Shown here: positions 29,402 to 40,492 of the stretch, piece after piece
Position numbering within the stretch: position 1 is the first letter of the stretch
How the letters are laid out: each line of letters opens with the position of its first letter
From: Methanomicrobiales archaeon
GTDB taxonomy: Archaea; Halobacteriota; Methanomicrobia; Methanomicrobiales; Methanospirillaceae
Direction of reading: 5' to 3'
Assembly (NCBI GenBank): GCA_037137755.1
Contig: JBAXJR010000001.1
Coordinates: 1-64,000, forward strand
Length of the DNA stretch: 64,000 bases
The notes under the pieces: generated by a model
What the model saw: only the letters and a program-made list of their open reading frames with translations
Database searches by the model: none
What the model was told of the DNA's origin: nothing
Made by a program: the position numbers and the translations under genes

Positions 29402-29926
29402 ATGAAGTCCAGAGATATTGCAATAGTTGGCATTTTGCTTGCCGTTGGAGCAATCCTTCGCTATTTCCTTGCGATGCTCCATACACCGCTTACACCGAAC
29501 ATGATCATCGCGTTCTACTGTCTCGCGATTATCCTGATATCGCCGAAGATCTACGAGGCGTTCGGTATCGGTATCGTAGCCGGGATCCTCTCTATGCTGA
29601 TTTCAGGCTCGATATTCCCGCCTGCGAACCTGATCAGCGAACCCATCGGGGCACTTGTCTGCTTTGGAGTGTATGCGGCGATTAAAAACCGGTCAAAGAT
29701 CAGCCCCTCGATTGCTACGTTCATCACCACGCTCGCGAGCGGGTTTACCTTCGCTGCTATAGCAATCATCGCCGTGGCGCCCCAGATCATCACGAAGTAT
29801 GCCACAATGGGTGGGTTTATGCTCGTATTTGTGCCGATCGTGGTTATTACCGCAATATTCAATGCCGTTATCGTCCAGCTGCTCTACATCCCGTCAAGCA
29901 GGGTGCTGATGCGGGGACAGGAATGA
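29402..29926 (+). CDS. ECF transporter S component, TrpP (tryptophan)-like
   Basis: MKSRDIAIVGILLAVGAIL...PNM...GIVAGILS...PANLISEPIGA resembles Firmicute TrpP; followed by ECF A and T genes. Confidence 0.75.
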   Translation: MKSRDIAIVGILLAVGAILRYFLAMLHTPLTPNMIIAFYCLAIILISPKIYEAFGIGIVAGILSMLISGSIFPPANLISEPIGALVCFGVYAAIKNRSKISPSIATFITTLASGFTFAAIAIIAVAPQIITKYATMGGFMLVFVPIVVITAIFNAVIVQLLYIPSSRVLMRGQE

Positions 29927-31374
29927 TAAGGCTGGAATCGGTAAGTTATGCCTACCCTCACACCGGTAAACCTGCACTGACAAATCTCTCGCTTTCGATA
30001 GGGAAGGGTCAGTGCGTGATGATTACCGGCCCATCCGGTTCTGGTAAAACAACGCTCTGTCTTGCATCTGCCGGAATTCTTGCACATGAATACGGCGGAA
30101 AGAAAGAGGGGACCGTCACCATCGATGGCCGAGATGTGAAGAGCTATAAAGACCTCTCGGATATCGCTTCCAATCTCGGGATTGTTTTTGATGATCCCGA
30201 GGCCCAGCTGATTTTTACCACGGTTGAAGAGGAGATCCTCTCAGCACTTGAACGCCGGGGGCTCCGGGTGGACGAGATCGAGGACCGTCTAAGGGTCATC
30301 ATGGAGATGACAAAACTCACCGCGTTAAAAGACCGTGCCCCCCATACCCTCTCCGGCGGGCAGAAGCAGCGTCTTGTGCTTGCCGTTACGCTAGCACTGG
30401 AAACTGGTATCCTGATCCTCGATGAGCCTACTTCTGAACTGGATGAACACGGGACGAACGGGATCCTTGAGATACTGAAAGGGTTAAAAGCCCAGGGCAG
30501 GACCATTCTCATTGTCGAGCACAAATTTCTCCGGATGCGGGAGATTGTCGATACCCTCGTTGTGATGGAAGATGGCCGCATCAGGGCATCCGGGGCTCCC
30601 GATGAGGTCATCAGGGACCAAGGGATGCAGAAGATCGTTATGCCAGATTTCTCGGGGATCAGGGAACGGAACCGGGGTGACGGGGTGACGGGCATTCCTT
30701 CTCCGTTAATCCGCGTACATGGCCTTTCGCACACCTATGGTGAGGATATCCATGCACTCTTTGATATCGATCTTACGATATCATCCGGCGAATTTATCGC
30801 AATTGTCGGTGAGAATGGTTCCGGAAAGACCACGTTGATCAAGCACTTCAACGGGCTCCTGAAGGCCACGGGGGGTTCCGTGTCTGTGTCTGGAAAAGAT
30901 GCCGCGAAAACGACCATCACGGAACTTGCACGTGATGTAGGGCTGGTATTCCAGAACCCTGATCACATGTTTTTTGCAGATACCGTCCGCGAGGAGGTGG
31001 CGTTCGGCGTTGATAACCTCGGGATCCCGGACCGTGATGTGGTAATTGACCACGCACTCACGCGGGTGCGTCTGACCCATGCAAAAGACCTCTACCCGAG
31101 GTGGCTCTCCCGTGGTGAACGCCAGCGACTCGCCATCGCCTGTGTCCTCGCCATGAAACCTGCCGTGATCGCGCTTGACGAACCAACTACCGGGCTTGAC
31201 GGGAAAGAGGCCAGGGAAGTTATGGAGGTATTAAAAGAGCTCCAGCTTGCAGGCCATACGGTCATTATTGTCACTCACAGCAAGGAAATTGCCAGGGACT
31301 GTGCCGACCGTGTGATTACCATGGAAAACGGGAAGATCATATCGGATATACTAACACCGGGTGAGCGGCCATGA
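29923..31374 (+). CDS. ecfA: ECF transporter duplicated ATPase (A-A')
   Basis: Two ABC cassettes: GPSGSGKT/LSGGQKQR and GENGSGKT/LSRGERQR. Confidence 0.93.
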   Translation: MIRLESVSYAYPHTGKPALTNLSLSIGKGQCVMITGPSGSGKTTLCLASAGILAHEYGGKKEGTVTIDGRDVKSYKDLSDIASNLGIVFDDPEAQLIFTTVEEEILSALERRGLRVDEIEDRLRVIMEMTKLTALKDRAPHTLSGGQKQRLVLAVTLALETGILILDEPTSELDEHGTNGILEILKGLKAQGRTILIVEHKFLRMREIVDTLVVMEDGRIRASGAPDEVIRDQGMQKIVMPDFSGIRERNRGDGVTGIPSPLIRVHGLSHTYGEDIHALFDIDLTISSGEFIAIVGENGSGKTTLIKHFNGLLKATGGSVSVSGKDAAKTTITELARDVGLVFQNPDHMFFADTVREEVAFGVDNLGIPDRDVVIDHALTRVRLTHAKDLYPRWLSRGERQRLAIACVLAMKPAVIALDEPTTGLDGKEAREVMEVLKELQLAGHTVIIVTHSKEIARDCADRVITMENGKIISDILTPGERP

Positions 31375-32147
31375 CCGAGATCCTCCAGTATGTCCAGAAG
31401 GACGGGTTCTTCCACCGTCTCGCCCCGCTGACAAAGATCCTGTTTGTCATCATTGTTGGGACGATGAGCATCGTATCGACGAGCATCACGTTCCTTGTCA
31501 GTGTTATTATTGCCCTGCTTGTCATCGCCTTTATCGCCGGTCTCCACCGCGAGGTGCTCAGGCAGTTTCTCCTCATCGCCGTGATGAGTGTTATCCTGAT
31601 CTTTATCACGGTCATCACCCTTCCCGGGGGTACGACGCTTTTCGTGATAGGGGGTATTATTCCGATTACGACCGGGGGCCTCCTCATTGGTATTATCATG
31701 ACACTCCGGTTTGCTGTGCTCATCACCGCGATCCAGCTCTTCGTATTGTCGACCCAGCCACGCGACCTTGTCCACACACTCGAACGGATGAAAGTACCGG
31801 CGGACTACACCCTGATGTTTGTGATAGCGCTCCGGTTCATCCCCACGCTCCAGATCGAGGGGCACAGGATTCACGAGGCGCAGCTTGCACGGGGGTATAA
31901 CCCAGGGTCCGGTGTAGGCGGGAAGATCAGGAGTGTTGCGCCGGTCATGATCCCGCTGGTCTCCAACTCGCTTGCCCGGTCGAATGTTCTTGGGCTGACT
32001 ATTGATCTCCGGGGGTACCGGACGAAGGTAAGGACCCCGTTACGTGAACGACACCTTAAAGGACTGGATTATTTTGTGATTGTGATGCTGGTACTTGTTG
32101 GCGTGGCCTTCTTCGTATTCGACGCTTATGCTGCTGGTCTGATATAA
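31371..32147 (+). CDS. ecfT: ECF transporter transmembrane T component
   Basis: HRLAPLTK, ALRFIPTL, AQLARG, DLRGY. Confidence 0.93.
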   Translation: MTEILQYVQKDGFFHRLAPLTKILFVIIVGTMSIVSTSITFLVSVIIALLVIAFIAGLHREVLRQFLLIAVMSVILIFITVITLPGGTTLFVIGGIIPITTGGLLIGIIMTLRFAVLITAIQLFVLSTQPRDLVHTLERMKVPADYTLMFVIALRFIPTLQIEGHRIHEAQLARGYNPGSGVGGKIRSVAPVMIPLVSNSLARSNVLGLTIDLRGYRTKVRTPLRERHLKGLDYFVIVMLVLVGVAFFVFDAYAAGLI

Positions 32148-32423
32148 CCGGTAATCTGTCATTTTTTCATAAGGTTATATATCCAGCCGTGAGCAGGGCT
32201 AATTTTTTGAAGGTTCGTGCAGTGGTGTCATATTTTTCTATTTTCATCTCAATCGGCATCGGGTAAGAGCTGCAGTAAGAGTCTGCCTGAGTAATATGCG
32301 CGCTTACCCTGGTAAAATGAAAATGCTACAAATATATTACCCTGATATTGTCCTGAGTATGCAATAATTAGATATATTAATAAATGAATTGATTAAGCGT
32401 TAAGAAATATTGGTGGTGCCGGT

Positions 32424-32597
32424 ATGACAAGCCCGCAGATGGAGCAGATTGAGAAAATAAAGGCAATGGCTTTGAAGAGGTGCTCAGAGCGGGTAGCAGA
32501 AGCTGAACGGAAACGGGGTGCAGCAGGCGAGAGGGTTTTCAACCCGGCACCGCACTGTGGGATCACTTCATTCCTGAAACGGCATCACGGACTGTGA
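32424..32597 (+). CDS. 57 aa charged helical ORF at the head of the ATP synthase operon
   Basis: Not in the ORF track (<60 aa); GGTGGTG SD-like; MTSPQMEQIEKIKAMALKRCSERVAEAERKRG...; stops 13 nt before subunit H. Confidence 0.45.
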   Translation: MTSPQMEQIEKIKAMALKRCSERVAEAERKRGAAGERVFNPAPHCGITSFLKRHHGL

Positions 32598-32610
32598 AAA
32601 GGAGGAAGGT

Positions 32611-33000
32611 ATGGATAAAAAGAAGATCGCTGGAACTTCTAAAGGCGGGGTGGATCCAGAATCAGCCTACACGGATTATGTGGCATCTGAGGAGTCTCTC
32701 CTCGAACAGATCCGTGCCAAGGAGGAGGAGCAGGGCGTGAGGATTGAAGCTGCCAGGCAGCAGTACATCACCGACGTTGAAAACGCCCGGAAGGAGACAG
32801 AGTCCCGGCAGGCCAGGGAACGTTCTCTTGGCCAGGCTGAAGCGGATACTGTCTGGCGGGAAGCAATGGACCGCATCAATAGTGATGTCGAAAGGGTACT
32901 CAGTGAAGGTCAGCAGCAGGTGCGCCTCGATCGGGAGCGGAAGGAGCAGAGGTTCAACGGGGTCGTTGACAGGGTTGTCAGGGAGATCAGTAAAGGATAA
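32611..33000 (+). CDS. atpH: A/V-type ATP synthase subunit H (G-like peripheral stalk)
   Basis: Charged coiled coil LLEQIRAKEEE...; position before subunit I; GGAGG SD. Confidence 0.75.
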   Translation: MDKKKIAGTSKGGVDPESAYTDYVASEESLLEQIRAKEEEQGVRIEAARQQYITDVENARKETESRQARERSLGQAEADTVWREAMDRINSDVERVLSEGQQQVRLDRERKEQRFNGVVDRVVREISKG

Positions 33001-33011
33001 GCTGAAAATGT

Positions 33012-34952
33012 ATGATACAGAAAATGAAGAGCGTGCTGGTAGTAGGTCCTAAATCGGACTTCAGTCAGATCGTCGATGTATTGTATCATATGGGTACAAT
33101 CCACCTTGAAGAAGTGAGTGAATATCTTCAACCGGAACGTGGGAATGTACGAAAAATGGTTGCCGGGGGATCTACTGATATACCGGTGTTCCTTGCATCG
33201 ATTGAAGGGATCTCACTATTGTTGCCGGCAATAAAGGAACGTTCCGACCGCACGCTACAACGCTATGAAGAGCTCCATCACCTGTCAACACCTGAAGTCC
33301 TGGCCAGGGCCAGTCATGTGACCGGGATTGTCGGTGAGACAACAAGAACGCTGTCGACAAAAAAAAGTGACCTTGAGATCGTCATCACCGGGCTGAACCG
33401 GTACGAGAAAATTATCGATAAAATCCAACCGCTCGAACAACAACTACCGATACTCCATGGATATGAAGTTACCGTCCTCGTTATCCAGAAAGAATATGAG
33501 GACGTCCTCGACATCATCCGTCCGGCGTTATCAGGTATTACCAATGACCAGTTTGAACTGATATCGGCTGACCTGGATGAAAAGACAATTGCCGTCATCA
33601 CCGTCTTCAATAAAAATTATTCCGAAAATGTTCACCGTTTCCTGTTCTCCAAAAACATCAACGAAGTCCGAATACCTGCTGATTATTCGAATATGCCGCT
33701 TGATAAGGCAATGTTGCTGATCGATAAAAACCGCCGGGACGCCCAGGCAGAAAAAGAAAACATCGATAACGAGCTCACCCGTGTTTCGCAGGAATGGTAC
33801 CACGAGCTTGCGGCATTACACATGGTCCTGAAAGAACGGGGCGAAGAGCTCAGTGCCTACAACAATTTCGGCGAAACGGAATATACCGTGATGGTCAGGG
33901 GATGGATCCCCAAAAAACAGGTTCAGAAGACACGGGAAGCGCTGGATGAGACTTTCCAGGGCCGGGTAGTAATGACAGAAGCAGATGCTACGGCAGAGAT
34001 GATGGACCGTGTCCCCATATTCTATGACAACCCCCGGTGGGTACGCCCGTTTGAATTCTTCATGAAACTTGCAAGCCCTCCGCAATACAACGAGATCGAC
34101 CCCTCCCCCCTCCTTGCTATTTTTTTCCCGATATTTTTCGGAATAATTGTGGGTGATATCGGGTATGGCATCCTGATCCTGGTGGTTGGGTTGTTTATAC
34201 GGTTCCGTTTCGGGGCCATAACGTGGCTCCGGCAGATGTCCGGCATCCTGATCATTTCATCATTTCCGGCAATCTTTTTCGGGTACCTGTTCGGGGAATT
34301 TTTCGGTAATTTTGGCGAAATGATGGGCTGGATCGAGCCTGTTACTCTATTCGGGGTCACATGGAACCGTATAGAGGCAATGGTGCCACTGCTTATCCTG
34401 GCCATTGCGATAGGAGTATTCCACGTGGTACTGGGACTTGTTATCGGGTTCATCAATTCGATGACCCGAAAAAATCACCGGCATGCCTGCGAAAAGTGCG
34501 GGATGATAGGGGTAATTTTATGCCTGCTACTGTTGTTCGGAATCATAGTGGAGGTTATCCCGGGAGTTTTACTGATCCCGGTCAGCATTTTCCTTATTTT
34601 AACCGTTGTGCTCGTTATTTACGGGGGTGGTACCCTTGGTGCTATTGAGATTATGGGCACGGTGGGAAATATCCTCTCTTATGCCCGCCTGATGGCAATC
34701 GGTATGGCGTCAGTCATCCTCGCCATGGTAGCCAACGAACTCGGTGGATCGATGGAGGTGCTTGCCGTAGGCATCCTTATCGCGGTACTGCTCCACACCC
34801 TCAACCTGATGCTTGCAATGTTCAGCCCGTCTATCCACAGTGTAAGGCTGCATGTCGTGGAATTCTATTCCAAGTTTTACCATGGGGGTGGACTACCCTA
34901 CCACCCCTTCAGCCCGGGAAATAAACCTGGTCTGATCGAAGGTAAGAAGTAG
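33012..34952 (+). CDS. atpI: A/V-type ATP synthase subunit I (a)
   Basis: GWIP, PQYNEIDP, GDIGYG, NILSYARLMA, RLHVVEFYSKFY. Confidence 0.96.
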   Translation: MIQKMKSVLVVGPKSDFSQIVDVLYHMGTIHLEEVSEYLQPERGNVRKMVAGGSTDIPVFLASIEGISLLLPAIKERSDRTLQRYEELHHLSTPEVLARASHVTGIVGETTRTLSTKKSDLEIVITGLNRYEKIIDKIQPLEQQLPILHGYEVTVLVIQKEYEDVLDIIRPALSGITNDQFELISADLDEKTIAVITVFNKNYSENVHRFLFSKNINEVRIPADYSNMPLDKAMLLIDKNRRDAQAEKENIDNELTRVSQEWYHELAALHMVLKERGEELSAYNNFGETEYTVMVRGWIPKKQVQKTREALDETFQGRVVMTEADATAEMMDRVPIFYDNPRWVRPFEFFMKLASPPQYNEIDPSPLLAIFFPIFFGIIVGDIGYGILILVVGLFIRFRFGAITWLRQMSGILIISSFPAIFFGYLFGEFFGNFGEMMGWIEPVTLFGVTWNRIEAMVPLLILAIAIGVFHVVLGLVIGFINSMTRKNHRHACEKCGMIGVILCLLLLFGIIVEVIPGVLLIPVSIFLILTVVLVIYGGGTLGAIEIMGTVGNILSYARLMAIGMASVILAMVANELGGSMEVLAVGILIAVLLHTLNLMLAMFSPSIHSVRLHVVEFYSKFYHGGGLPYHPFSPGNKPGLIEGKK

Positions 34953-35056
34953 GCTTCCATCGGGTATTTCCAGTAAATAATGAAAATAAAGAACTTCTCT
35001 ATTATTAAACTTTATATAATATAAGATCACTCTTACGGATTAGAGGTGTTGAAAAA

Positions 35057-35272
35057 TTGTCTTGGGAAGTTCCGATTGGAGCTGCGATTGCATTTGCCGG
35101 TGGCGCAATCGCGACAGGCCTGGCACAATCAAGAATAGGTGCTGCGGGTGCTGCGACCATTGCAGAGAAACCTGAATCAACAGGAAGCATTATTGTGCTG
35201 GAAGCAATCCCCGAAACGATGGTAATCCTGGGTTTTGTGGTGGCATCCATGATCGTAATCATGGTCAAGTAA
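35057..35272 (+). CDS. atpK: A/V-type ATP synthase subunit K (c, proteolipid, 2 TM)
   Basis: AQSRIGAAG...AEKPE...IPET; TTG start with GAGGTG SD. Confidence 0.93.
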   Translation: MSWEVPIGAAIAFAGGAIATGLAQSRIGAAGAATIAEKPESTGSIIVLEAIPETMVILGFVVASMIVIMVK

Positions 35273-35399
35273 GGCTGTTTGGCGATCCAGTATTGAACAA
35301 TGGTTAATCCGGGAATTTTTGTGCCCGGGAACCCACGGAACATTATTTCCTGTTGTCATAATGGTATGACTGCGGGAGGGGAGGTAAAGGTCAGGCCTT

Positions 35400-35996
35400 A
35401 TGAAATATGACCACCTGATCCAGGCAATAGAAGATGGTGCAGAGGAGAAACTCCGGGACTTTCAAGGCAATAAAGACCGTGAAATCCGCGAAATCCGGGA
35501 ACGTGCAGATACCGGGTCCGAACAGTTACGAAAGGATCTGCTTGCAGAAACAAAACGAAAGATAAGCGTCGAAAGTAATAAACAGATCTATTCGGCACGT
35601 GAGCAGTCAAAAGACCACCTGACAAGGGCACGCCAGGAGGCCTGCCTTTCCGTATTCCGGGAGGCTGATGTACGGCTCTCGTCATTCCGTTCAAGCCCTT
35701 CATATGGACCATTTTTTAAGGCGGTCCTTGCCGAGATAATCGAATCGCTGGACAGCGAAAAAATCCGCCTCCATATAGATAAAAAAGATGAGGCATTGTG
35801 CCGGCAGATGATCAAAGACACCGGGAAGGAGTATGAAATCGTTACCGACCTTACAACGAATGGTGGACTGAACGGCTCAACTCCTGATGGAAAGGTTATG
35901 GTCCGGAATACAATCGAGGACCGGCTCGCCAGGGCAAAAGAACGTATGAAGGTAGTCGTATTTTCAGGACTCTACGGTGACCCGGTTGTACGTTGA
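35400..35996 (+). CDS. atpE: A/V-type ATP synthase subunit E
   Basis: Coiled N-terminus, GGL...DG...VRNTIEDRL. Confidence 0.9.
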   Translation: MKYDHLIQAIEDGAEEKLRDFQGNKDREIREIRERADTGSEQLRKDLLAETKRKISVESNKQIYSAREQSKDHLTRARQEACLSVFREADVRLSSFRSSPSYGPFFKAVLAEIIESLDSEKIRLHIDKKDEALCRQMIKDTGKEYEIVTDLTTNGGLNGSTPDGKVMVRNTIEDRLARAKERMKVVVFSGLYGDPVVR

Positions 35997-37035
35997 GTAT
36001 GTAAATGCCCGTGTCCATGGCATGTCAGGCCGCCTGATTACTTCCCATGGGTTCGAACGGCTGATTGCCCAGCCGTCACTTGAGGGTATCATAACTGAGC
36101 TTGAGAAGACGCCCTACCGTGAGGAAATTGTTGAGGCACACATATTGTATACAGGGATTGGTTGCATCGAGTATGCCCTCCGCAAGAATCTTATGAAGAC
36201 GTACCGGAAGATCTTCTCCCTTGTAGAAGGGGAGAAGTCTGCACGATATATCATAATATTCTTAAAAAAATGGGATATCCAGAATATAAAGACTATAATC
36301 AGGGGAAAAAATATCCAGACGCCGAATGAGGAGATCTCAGGCTGCCTTATTCCCGCCGGCACGATGGATGAAACAACGTTGATTGAACTGGTAAAACAGC
36401 CTGACGTTCGTGCTATCGTGGACCTTATGGCAACCTGGAATATCGAGTATGCCATTCCCCTGACACAGTATATCGGTGAGTTTTTTGAACGAAACGAGAT
36501 AGGCACGCTGGAGTATGCACTTGACGAGTACTATTTCGAGTCATCGCTGGAGGAATTAAGAGGGAAAAGCGACGATGACAAGGTCTTTCGTGACCTTATC
36601 GGGACTGAAATTGATATCCGGAATATTAAGACTGCATTGATGATGATCCGTGATTCTGTATCTGCCGATGAAGCGAGCCCGTTCCTCCTCAACGGTGGAA
36701 AAGAGATCAGGCATGAGCTTATTCATGATATGATACGGGCTAAAAAAATACCGGATGCAGTCCGCCTCCTTGAGACGACGTCCTACCGTTTTCTCCTGTC
36801 CATCCCTGACCTTGAAGGTACCCAAGGGAAGATATCGGTCCTTGAAAAAGAGCTTGACCGTTTCCTCATCCGAAAGGGGACCGCAATGTTCCGCGGTGAT
36901 CCCTTCTCATTCACCGTCGTGATCGGGTACCTTTGGGCTAAATTCAATGAAATTACGAATATCAGGGTTATTGCCCGTTGCAGGGAGGCTGGAATGCCGG
37001 ATGAAATGATGGAGTCGGAGATTTTCTATGTATAA
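35977..37035 (+). CDS. atpC: A/V-type ATP synthase subunit C (d)
   Basis: YVNARVHGM, WDIQNIKTIIRG, EIDIRNI, EITNIRVI. Confidence 0.92.
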   Translation: MTRLYVEYVNARVHGMSGRLITSHGFERLIAQPSLEGIITELEKTPYREEIVEAHILYTGIGCIEYALRKNLMKTYRKIFSLVEGEKSARYIIIFLKKWDIQNIKTIIRGKNIQTPNEEISGCLIPAGTMDETTLIELVKQPDVRAIVDLMATWNIEYAIPLTQYIGEFFERNEIGTLEYALDEYYFESSLEELRGKSDDDKVFRDLIGTEIDIRNIKTALMMIRDSVSADEASPFLLNGGKEIRHELIHDMIRAKKIPDAVRLLETTSYRFLLSIPDLEGTQGKISVLEKELDRFLIRKGTAMFRGDPFSFTVVIGYLWAKFNEITNIRVIARCREAGMPDEMMESEIFYV

Positions 37036-37348
37036 GTACGTGATTGTTACTGACCCGGAGACTGCAGCAGGGTTCCGTCTTGCAGGTGTGGATGTAATTG
37101 AGGTTTCCACCCCGGAGGAGGCAAAACGGGCAATTCCTCCCCTCCTGAATGCAGATGATACGGGTATAATCGGGGTAAGTGAGGAGTTCATGTCGGTACT
37201 GGACCCGGAACTGCAGGCAACTATTGAGAAGACCTACCGGCCGATAATCATCCCGATCCCAGGCCGTGCGAAAAAGGTGGTATCAGAAACCTATATCGAA
37301 CGGCTCCTGCGGCGGGCAATCGGGTACAACATTGTAGTGAGGCGATAA
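37028..37348 (+). CDS. atpF: A/V-type ATP synthase subunit F
   Basis: DPETAAGFRLAGV...IP...RRAIGY. Confidence 0.93.
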   Translation: MYKYVIVTDPETAAGFRLAGVDVIEVSTPEEAKRAIPPLLNADDTGIIGVSEEFMSVLDPELQATIEKTYRPIIIPIPGRAKKVVSETYIERLLRRAIGYNIVVRR

Positions 37349-37351
37349 CGT

Positions 37352-39091
37352 ATGATACAAGGAGTCATTTCAAGGATTTCCGGCCCGGTCATCCTCGCCG
37401 AACAGATGCGTGGTTCAAGGATGTATGATGTGGTCAGGGTCGGAGCGATGGCCCTCGCAGGGGAGGTCATACGGCTGGACGGTGAAAACGCCGTTATCCA
37501 GGTCTACGAGGATACCTCGGGTCTGAAGGCTGGTGAACCGGTGGTAAACACCGGGATCCCCCTGTCCGTTGAACTTGGACCCGGCCTGATATCCTCAATC
37601 TACGATGGTGTCCAGCGACCGCTCTCGGTTCTGGCCGAACTTTCAGGGAGTTTTATTTCCCGTGGGATCTCTGTCCCCGGTCTTGACAGGGCAAAAAAAT
37701 GGGCGTTCGTCCCCCTGGTGAAGGCGGGTGACTCGGTCAGCGGTGGCGATATAATCGGTACCGTACAGGAATTTCACATCGAACACCGTATAATGGTACC
37801 ACCCGGGCATTCCGGTACAATCCGCGAGATCAAGGGTGGTAATTTTACCGTGGAGGAGACCGTCTGCACTCTCGGTGACGGGACAGAACTACGGATGATG
37901 CAGACCTGGCCGGTAAGGAAGGAGCGCCCGTATAAAAAGAAACTTGATCCGGAGGTCCCGCTCCTCACGGGCCAGCGGGTATTTGACAGCCTCTTCCCCC
38001 TTACCAAGGGTGGTACTGCCATGATCCCGGGTGGGTTCGGGACCGGCAAGACGGTTTCAGAACAGACACTTGCGAAATGGGCAGATGCCCGCATTATCGT
38101 CTATATCGGGTGCGGTGAACGGGGTAATGAAATGACGGACGTGCTTACCGAATTCCCGGAACTCGTCGACCCGAGGACGAACCTCCCGCTCATCCAGAGG
38201 ACAATAATGGTCGCAAATACCTCCAATATGCCAGTTGCAGCCCGGGAGGCATCCATTTATACAGGGATTACGATGGGCGAGTACTACCGGGACATGGGGT
38301 ATGATGTTGCCCTGATGGCAGATTCCACGTCACGCTGGGGAGAGGCGCTCCGCGAAGTATCAGGCCGGCTTGAAGAGATGCCCGGTGAAGAGGGGTATCC
38401 TGCATATCTTGCCACACGGCTGGCTGCATTTTATGAACGTGCAGGGCGGGTGATGTGCCTTGGGAACCGGGAAGATACCGGTTCAGTCACTATTGTCGGG
38501 GCCGTCTCACCACCCGGGGGGGATTTTTCAGAACCGATTACCCAGAACACGCTCCGGATTGCGGGGACGTTCTGGGCCCTTGACACGAGCCTTGCCAACC
38601 GGCGGCACTTCCCATCCGTCAACTGGATTAAAAGTTACTCGCTGTACCTCGAGAGCCTGAAGGAATGGTATACGAAATACATCGCACCTGACTGGATGGA
38701 GATACGTGACCAGACGATGTACCTCCTGCAGAAAGAGATCGAGCTGCTTGAGATTGTCCAGCTGGTGGGTCCCGATGCCCTCCCGGACAGCGAGAAGTTA
38801 ATCCTCGAAATAACCAGGATGATCAGGGAAGATTTCCTCCAGCAGAGTGCGTACAGCGATGTTGACTCCTATTGTCCGCTCGATAAACAGTACTGGATGC
38901 TCCGGGTAATCCATACGTTCCACAGGGAAGCGTCGTTAAAGATGGGACAGGGGGTAACCCTGAAACAGGTGATGGGAATACCAGAACGGAACGAGATCTC
39001 AAGAATGAAGGAAGCACCCGGTTTTGCAGAACTGCAGGTGCTTACCGGGGCCATAGCAGACCGGATGAAGTCCCTGGAGGTGGAACATTAA
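37352..39091 (+). CDS. atpA: A/V-type ATP synthase catalytic subunit A
   Basis: [37 protein letters not shown]; no intein. Confidence 0.98.
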   Translation: MIQGVISRISGPVILAEQMRGSRMYDVVRVGAMALAGEVIRLDGENAVIQVYEDTSGLKAGEPVVNTGIPLSVELGPGLISSIYDGVQRPLSVLAELSGSFISRGISVPGLDRAKKWAFVPLVKAGDSVSGGDIIGTVQEFHIEHRIMVPPGHSGTIREIKGGNFTVEETVCTLGDGTELRMMQTWPVRKERPYKKKLDPEVPLLTGQRVFDSLFPLTKGGTAMIPGGFGTGKTVSEQTLAKWADARIIVYIGCGERGNEMTDVLTEFPELVDPRTNLPLIQRTIMVANTSNMPVAAREASIYTGITMGEYYRDMGYDVALMADSTSRWGEALREVSGRLEEMPGEEGYPAYLATRLAAFYERAGRVMCLGNREDTGSVTIVGAVSPPGGDFSEPITQNTLRIAGTFWALDTSLANRRHFPSVNWIKSYSLYLESLKEWYTKYIAPDWMEIRDQTMYLLQKEIELLEIVQLVGPDALPDSEKLILEITRMIREDFLQQSAYSDVDSYCPLDKQYWMLRVIHTFHREASLKMGQGVTLKQVMGIPERNEISRMKEAPGFAELQVLTGAIADRMKSLEVEH

Positions 39092-40488
39092 TGTCAGGGT
39101 TTGACCTCTCAACAAGGGAATACCGTTCGGTTTCCTATGTCTCCGGGCCGTTGATCTTTGTTGAAAAACCCCGTAATGTGGCATTTGGTGAAACGGCAAT
39201 TATTACCCTTCCTTCGGGTGAGGAACGGTCCGGCCAGGTACTGGAAGTCTCGCGTGAACTTGCGGTGGTCCAGGTGTTTGAAGGGACAAGCGGGGTTGAT
39301 AATCTGAAGACCGCTGTCCGTTTTACCGGGGAACTTCCCCAGATTAATGTCTCCCTGGATATGCTCGGCCGGGTCTTTTCCGGGGTGGGAAAACCCCGGG
39401 ACGGGAAACCAGACATCATGGCGGATGAGACCGTGGACATATCAGGCATGCCAATTAACCCTTATTCGCGTGATAAACCCTCAGATTTTATCCAGACCGG
39501 TATGTCGACGATAGATGGTCTTAACACGCTGGTCAGGGGCCAGAAACTACCGATTTTCTCCGGTTCCGGTCTTCCGGCCAACAAGCTTGCCGCACAGATC
39601 GCCCGGCAGGCAAAAGTTCCTGGAAGCCAGGAGCAGTTTGCAGTGATATTTACGGCAATGGGGATCACCCATAAAGAGGCCTCGTTCTTCATGAAGGACT
39701 TTGAGGAAACCGGGGCACTTGAGCGGGTGGTGTTCTTCCTCAACCTTGCGGATGACCCGACCATCGAGCGGATTGCAACACCAAGGGTCGCCCTGTCTGT
39801 TGCCGAATACCTCGCCTATCACCATAACCTCCATGTACTGGTTATCCTCACCGACATGACCAATTATTGTGAGGCACTCAGGGAGATCTCAACTGCCCGC
39901 GAGGAAGTACCAGGCCGGCGTGGTTATCCGGGCTATATGTATACCGACCTTGCGTCCATCTACGAACGTGCAGGAAGGATAAAAGGAAAAAGCGGGTCTA
40001 TTACCCAGTTACCCATCCTCACGATGCCGGACGATGATATTACCCACCCGGTTCCCGATCTTACCGGGTATATTACGGAAGGACAGATTGTCCTTTCGCG
40101 TGACCTGTTCCGTCGGGGTATCGACCCCCCGGTTGATGTCCTCCCATGCCTGTCCCGCCTGATGAACCTCGGGATTGGCGTGGATAAAACGCGGGATGAC
40201 CACCGGAATGTTGCCGACCAGCTCTATGCATCATATGCATACGGGCGGGACCTCCGGAGACTCGTTGCAATTGTAGGAGAGGAGGCACTGACAGACCTTG
40301 ACCGGAAGTACCTGAAATTTGCCGATGATTTCGAGCGGAAATTCATCTCGCAGGGATCAGAAGAACGTAGTATCCACCAGACCCTGGAAATAGGATGGGA
40401 ATTGTTTGCAAGTCTTCCGGAAGAGGAACTAAAACGCGTGAAACTGGACTATATCAGGAAATATCACCCGGCACACCGGGCGGGGTGA
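39091..40488 (+). CDS. atpB: A/V-type ATP synthase subunit B
   Basis: [33 protein letters not shown]. Confidence 0.98.
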   Translation: MSGFDLSTREYRSVSYVSGPLIFVEKPRNVAFGETAIITLPSGEERSGQVLEVSRELAVVQVFEGTSGVDNLKTAVRFTGELPQINVSLDMLGRVFSGVGKPRDGKPDIMADETVDISGMPINPYSRDKPSDFIQTGMSTIDGLNTLVRGQKLPIFSGSGLPANKLAAQIARQAKVPGSQEQFAVIFTAMGITHKEASFFMKDFEETGALERVVFFLNLADDPTIERIATPRVALSVAEYLAYHHNLHVLVILTDMTNYCEALREISTAREEVPGRRGYPGYMYTDLASIYERAGRIKGKSGSITQLPILTMPDDDITHPVPDLTGYITEGQIVLSRDLFRRGIDPPVDVLPCLSRLMNLGIGVDKTRDDHRNVADQLYASYAYGRDLRRLVAIVGEEALTDLDRKYLKFADDFERKFISQGSEERSIHQTLEIGWELFASLPEEELKRVKLDYIRKYHPAHRAG

Positions 40489-40492
40489 GTGC

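Noticed and set aside
29244-29405. Trp leader-peptide attenuator
   Set aside because: The uORF contains no Trp codons
37352-39091. Intein in ATPase subunit A, PolB or RFC
   Set aside because: Lengths are normal and conserved motifs are contiguous
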